From Moniliella sp. 'wahieum' (taxonomy: Eukaryota), in NCBI GenBank assembly GCA_003971905.1, contig RSEE01000019.1, forward strand, positions 62,001-126,000: DNA of 64,000 nt, given 5' to 3'. The first letter of the stretch is position 1; each line of letters opens with the position of its first letter. Made by a program: the position numbers and the translations under genes. Positions 63,775-64,000 of the stretch are shown one piece after another. Under the pieces are notes generated by a model. It was not told where the DNA came from and did no database searches. It saw only the letters and a program-made list of their open reading frames with translations.

Positions 63775-64000
63775 TTTGCTCGGCGAACGCGGGGCGTAAT
63801 TTCGAGGTTCTTGGAGTGGTGGGGTTTTGAGATGGAACAAAGCCCTGTTGATGCTCCACAGGATGGTAAGACGGTTATATAGGCCAGGGCTCTTTCGAAA
63901 CGATGGGATGGACTTGTCGGAAGAAGGCAGAAACGAGAGTTGCTGTGAGGGCGAAGAGAGCGACCGAATCGATTCAAACTTGAACCCGTATTACCCACGT

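Overview
GC-rich eukaryotic DNA. Short GT-AG introns with CTRAC branch points, an intron-containing tRNA and the gene set point to a fungus, most likely a basidiomycete. Nearly every gene, essential ones included, is broken by 1-nt indels. These are best read as uncorrected long-read errors, so CDS coordinates are approximate envelopes that include introns. Recognisable genes, in order: SEC24 (runs off the left edge), a peroxisomal-type alpha/beta hydrolase, tRNA-Leu(AAG), a C2H2 zinc-finger factor, RCF2, a NASP/Sim3 histone chaperone, FES1, a divergent RPL30/RPL37 pair, a secreted Cys-rich protein, CipC, a CrtI-family desaturase, NSR1, GCV2, KEX1, RPL14, PDX2/SNO, MET30/SconB, ATX1, FUR1 and an intronless bacterial-type arginase-family gene, plus several orphan ORFs. 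The unusual material concentrates at 4.6-13 kb. It includes a direct duplication of the hydrolase 5' end plus the tRNA, with an expanded minisatellite and an orphan B-box. It also includes a small Helitron-like element with twin cGNAg hairpins before CTAG|T that carries a fragment resembling the restriction-like endonuclease of CRE/MoTeR/Cnl1 retrotransposons. Across the window, many non-coding regions hold 7-bp-period tandem repeats built from a 6-bp palindrome plus one base.
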